Shown piece by piece: positions 43,903 through 47,288 of a stretch of 47,288 bases of DNA; the first letter of the stretch is position 1; every line of letters starts with the position of its first letter. Below the pieces are notes generated by a model. The model saw only the letters and a program-made list of their open reading frames with translations. It was not told the DNA's origin and searched no databases. The position numbers and the translations under genes are program-made. Source of the stretch: Acidobacteriota bacterium (GTDB lineage Bacteria > Acidobacteriota > UBA6911); assembly GCA_013388445.1 (NCBI GenBank), contig JACADW010000136.1, positions 1 through 47,288 on the forward strand, given 5' to 3'.

Positions 43903-45306
43903 CTAGAAATGGATAGCGGAGCCATAGATGCCATGCGCCGCTTCCATGATTCCCTCGGAGACCGTCGGGTGCGCATGGATCAGGCGCGAGACGTCCTCTG
44001 CAACTGCCTCGAGGCCGATCAAGGCCGTGGCCTCGCCCACGAGCTCCGTGACGTGCGGTCCAATCATGTGCACGCCGAGAACCTCGCGGTACTTCCTGTC
44101 GCAGACGATCTTTACGAATCCCTCGTTTTCCCCGAGAATGGTTGCCTTGCTGACCGCGGCAAAGGGGAACTTGCTCGTCACCACATCGATGCCCCGGTCC
44201 CGCGCGGCGGCTTCGGTCAGGCCGACGCTGGCCACCTCCGGACTGCAGAACGTGCAGTTGGGAACCAGGTCGTAATTGATCGGCTCGGCCTTTTCGCCGG
44301 CCATATGACGGACCGCGAGGATGCCCTCGTGCGAGGCAAGATGCGCAAGTTGCTGGGTCGGGACCAGGTCACCGATTGCGTAGAATCCCGGCACGTTCGT
44401 CTGCATGTGCTGATTGACCGGGACAAATCCGTTCGAGGTCGTGATTCCCACTCTCTCGAGGCCGATCCCTTCGGAGACCGGGCGGCGGCCGACCGCAATC
44501 AGGGCCTTCTCGGCGCTCAGCGTCCTGGTCGAACCGTCGGGGAGACTCACGGTCGCCTCGACTTTCCCCTCCTGGACAGTCAAGTTCTGGAGGGGCGCAT
44601 CCGTCAGGATCTTAATCTTGCGCTTGGTAAGGATCTTCTTCAGCTCCGACGAGATCTCGGCGTCCTCGACAGGCAGGACGCGAGGCAGCATCTCCACGAC
44701 CGTCACGTCTGATCCGAAGCGCGCGAAGATCGAGGCGAACTCGATTCCGACGGCTCCGGCTCCCACGACAAGGAGCGACTTCGGAACCGCCTCCAGGCTC
44801 AGTATCTCCCTGTTGGTTATCACGGAGTGTCCATCGAGCTCCAGGCCGGGGAGCATCTTTGCTTCCGAGCCTGTTGCGACCAGGATGTTTCTCGCCTTGA
44901 TCTCGGTTGTGGCTTCACCCTCGACATGGACGAGGCCGGGGCCTGTTATGGTTCCTTTGCCCCGGAACAGCGTGACTTTGTTCTTCTTCATCAGAAAGTC
45001 CACGCCCATCGACAGCTTCTTGACCAGTCTGTCCTTCCTGGCGCTCACGAGCCGGAAATCCAGGCTGACATCCTTGCAGAGGATTCCGAACTCCTTGCCG
45101 TTGAGGGCCTTCTCATAGAGGTCGGCGCTCAAAAGCAGGGCCTTCGTGGGTATGCAGCCCCAATGAAGACAGGTCCCGCCGAGTCTGGCGTATTTCTCGA
45201 TGAGGGCGACCTTCAGACCGAGCTGTCCGGCCTTGATGGCGGCGACGTAGCCGCCGGGGCCGCTGCCGATGATCGCGACGTCAAAAAGGATGGTCTCGTT
45301 GCTCAA
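43903..45306 (-). CDS. lpdA: Dihydrolipoyl dehydrogenase (E3)
   Basis: 467 aa. FDVAIIGSGPGGYVAA, redox disulfide GGTCLHWGCIPTK, NAD fold VVGAGAVGIEFAS, C-terminal HAHPTVSE. Confidence 0.95.
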   Translation of the reverse strand: MSNETILFDVAIIGSGPGGYVAAIKAGQLGLKVALIEKYARLGGTCLHWGCIPTKALLLSADLYEKALNGKEFGILCKDVSLDFRLVSARKDRLVKKLSMGVDFLMKKNKVTLFRGKGTITGPGLVHVEGEATTEIKARNILVATGSEAKMLPGLELDGHSVITNREILSLEAVPKSLLVVGAGAVGIEFASIFARFGSDVTVVEMLPRVLPVEDAEISSELKKILTKRKIKILTDAPLQNLTVQEGKVEATVSLPDGSTRTLSAEKALIAVGRRPVSEGIGLERVGITTSNGFVPVNQHMQTNVPGFYAIGDLVPTQQLAHLASHEGILAVRHMAGEKAEPINYDLVPNCTFCSPEVASVGLTEAAARDRGIDVVTSKFPFAAVSKATILGENEGFVKIVCDRKYREVLGVHMIGPHVTELVGEATALIGLEAVAEDVSRLIHAHPTVSEGIMEAAHGIYGSAIHF

Positions 45307-45566
45307 GGTTCACCTGCTCTCTCTGGGTCTGGACCTGATGTCCTGGGAAATGCGGGAAAGAGACACCGCGCCCGTTTCACGGCATCTTTCATGAGCAAAA
45401 GAAAAGCAATGCTACCATCGGGCTCGAACCTGCGTCAATTCATCTGGCGGCCCGCTCGGCGCGCACGCCGAAGCACGAAAACAGGCCGGAGCCGGGGGAA
45501 TCGGGTTGCAGGAAAGGGAATCGCAGAGACACAGTCTTTTGGCCGGAGCTTCGTTCTGATGGGGCG

Positions 45567-45572
45567 TATAAT
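45567..45572 (+). promoter_or_regulatory. TATAAT -10-like hexamer 9 nt upstream of the xdhC-family ATG (possible near-leaderless transcript)
   Basis: gggcgTATAATgcatccgccATG. I found no convincing -35 element and no SD in the 9-nt gap. Confidence 0.3.
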
Positions 45573-45581
45573 GCATCCGCC

Positions 45582-46400
45582 ATGGGCATTGACATCTTCG
45601 CGGAAATCGTCGAACTGAGGAAAAAGGGCGAGCGTGCCGCGCTCGTGACGATCATCAGTCGCCGGGGATCGACTCCCAGGCGGGACTCGGCAAAGATGCT
45701 GGTTTTTGAAGACGGCCGCACCGCAGGCACCATCGGCGGTGGTTGTGTCGAGGCCGAAGTCTGCACCGAGGCGCGTACCGTCATCCGGGATGAAAGAGGC
45801 AAGGTGCTCAGCTTCAGTTTGACCGACGACGACGCGGAGGAGAGTGGCCTCATCTGCGGCGGCACGATGGAGGTTTACGTGGAACCCATCCTTCCGGATC
45901 CGACGCTGTTTATCTTCGGGGCGGGCCATATCGGCTATTCCCTGTCGGAAGTTGCGAAAAACCTGGACTTCAAGATCGCCGTCGTCGATGACCGGGTGAA
46001 ATATGCCAGTTCCGAGCGCTTCCCCTCAGCCGAGTCCATCTACGTCGGCCCCTGGAACGAGGTCCTGCCCAAGCTTCCCATCAACGACAATTCCTTTCTG
46101 GTCATCGCCACGCGCGGCCACAAGTACGATCTGACCTGCCTGAGGCATGCGGTCCGCTCGCCGGCCAGGTATATCGGCCTTCTCGGTTCCCGCAGAAAGA
46201 CGAAGCTGTTTTTTGAGACCCTGGAAAAGGAGGGGATTGAAAGGTCCCTCCTCGACCGGGTTCACGCTCCGGTAGGGCTCGAGATCGGATCGGAAACGCC
46301 CGAGGAGATTGCCGTGAGCATCGCGGCCGAGCTTATCGCGGTCCGGAAACGGTTGGATGTCAGGCCGCTCAAGGAATCTCTCCGCGCCCTGAACCAGTGA
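45582..46400 (+). CDS. XdhC/CoxI family molybdoenzyme maturation accessory protein
   Basis: 272 aa. ALVTIISRRGSTPRRDSAKMLVFEDGRTAGTIGGGCVEAEV, then the Rossmann-like stretch LFIFGAGHIGYSLSEVAKNLDFKIAVVDDR and GLLGSRRK. Confidence 0.85.
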   Translation: MGIDIFAEIVELRKKGERAALVTIISRRGSTPRRDSAKMLVFEDGRTAGTIGGGCVEAEVCTEARTVIRDERGKVLSFSLTDDDAEESGLICGGTMEVYVEPILPDPTLFIFGAGHIGYSLSEVAKNLDFKIAVVDDRVKYASSERFPSAESIYVGPWNEVLPKLPINDNSFLVIATRGHKYDLTCLRHAVRSPARYIGLLGSRRKTKLFFETLEKEGIERSLLDRVHAPVGLEIGSETPEEIAVSIAAELIAVRKRLDVRPLKESLRALNQ

Positions 46401-46517
46401 GACCGACGGCGGTTCACGACTTTGCGCCGCCCAGGGCAGGCACGGGCGCACGATCGCCAGCAAGATGGCCGCCCAGCAGGGCCAACAAGGCGGATCCACC
46501 CTGCCGTCGGCGGCTGC

Positions 46518-47018
46518 CTATTGCAGGAGCTGATCGATGCGGTAGATCATTCCTTCACGCGTGTACGAGGCCATCTCCACGATTCCCGTATCCATGCGGA
46601 TCGCGTCCTCGGGGCAGGCTTCCACGCAGAAACCGCAGAAAACACAGACTCCGATGTCGATGTCGAAGACCCGGGGCATCTTCTCCACGTTGGGATCAGG
46701 GTGCTCCATTGCGATGATGTGGATACACCGGGCCGGACAGACCGTTTCGCACATCATGCAGGCAACGCACCGCGGTGTGCCGTCCGCTCGCCTGGTCAGC
46801 CGGTGCCGCGTGCGCAGGCGGCTGGCGAAAGGCCGCCGCTCCTCCGGGTACTGGTAGGTCACCGTCTCACCTTTCCCGACCTTGATTCCCAGGGCGCGTA
46901 CGACGTGGCGAGGAAAGTTCACCAGGAAGTGTCTTGCAGTCAAGGCGAGGCCCTTGGCGACTTCTGTTATGTATAGCCGCTCGAGCAGGGTCAACGGCTG
47001 CTGTCTGATCACACTCAT
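46518..47018 (-). CDS. nuoI: Canonical NADH-quinone oxidoreductase subunit I (2x[4Fe-4S]), with no nuo neighbours in the window
   Basis: 166 aa. GLALTARHFL..., YQYPEERRPFASRLRTRHRLTRRADGTPRCVACMMCETVCPARCI, IGVCVFCGFCVEACPEDAI. Confidence 0.85.
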   Translation of the reverse strand: MSVIRQQPLTLLERLYITEVAKGLALTARHFLVNFPRHVVRALGIKVGKGETVTYQYPEERRPFASRLRTRHRLTRRADGTPRCVACMMCETVCPARCIHIIAMEHPDPNVEKMPRVFDIDIGVCVFCGFCVEACPEDAIRMDTGIVEMASYTREGMIYRIDQLLQ

Positions 47019-47288
47019 GCGCGTGAACTATATCCAAACGAGCCCTCGATGTCCATCGAGCCGGCATCCGTCGTCCGGCAGGCATCCACAGAGGGAATTC
47101 AGAAGCCAGAAGTGCTCAACCATGAGCGGCCCGGGCAGGAGGGTTTCGATTCTGCCTATCGATCCTGAAACATGGATCAGAGGCTTTCCGTCATCAAAGA
47201 TCTGCGCAGGAAGACCCCCCGCCCGCGCGTGCATCGATTCTGAATCCTCAGATCAGAACATCGCTGCGGCAGCAGAAGCGACGGAGCC

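Overview
High-GC bacterial chromosomal window. The gene content looks Acidobacteria-like, but that taxonomic guess is inference only. I saw no rRNA, CRISPR, transposase, integrase or phage genes. All family calls come from motif recognition by eye; no searches were run.

Left to right:
1. 1-11951, all minus strand: a surface-glycan/EPS locus. It holds an edge-truncated GT-C ArnT/PMT-like transferase, a GT4, a GT2, a Wzy/O-antigen-ligase-like protein, a cobalamin-type radical SAM enzyme, a membrane-anchored polyprenyl-phosphate-type GT2, a hexapeptide acyltransferase and a Wzc-like Wzz+BY-kinase.
2. 12342-19299, plus strand: a cluster of paralogous secreted modular proteins. A small Fn3+dockerin protein is translationally coupled (ATGA) to a 906-aa cohesin+3xFn3 protein. 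Three genes share ten copies of an unnamed ~110-aa beta-sandwich-like repeat. This is my top candidate for an undescribed system.
3. tRNA-Leu(CAG).
4. 19998-24630, minus strand: an overlapping-codon operon of two ABC ATPase/ABC-2 permease pairs plus a secreted TPR protein.
5. A small secreted protein and an HExxH protein.
6. 26486-33901, minus strand: a complex-I-like cluster nuoA-B-C-D-H-I-J-K-N. It has no nuoE/F/G and no nuoL/M, and is broken up by unusually long, repeat-bearing non-coding spacers.
7. An MDR reductase and a membrane HdrD/EtfD-like Fe-S oxidoreductase, flanked by GATC-dense repeat arrays and a perfect 16-bp inverted repeat; then a redoxin.
8. 39049-45306, minus strand: an lpd-lipB-E1alpha-E1beta-E2 2-oxoacid dehydrogenase operon, also with long spacers.
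9. An xdhC-family gene and an orphan canonical nuoI at the right edge.

Several short dispersed repeat families populate the intergenic DNA: GCCGGACC-N3-GGTCCGGC hairpins, TTCTGAATTC words, and GAGTCTT / AAGACCCGAAGTCTC words.
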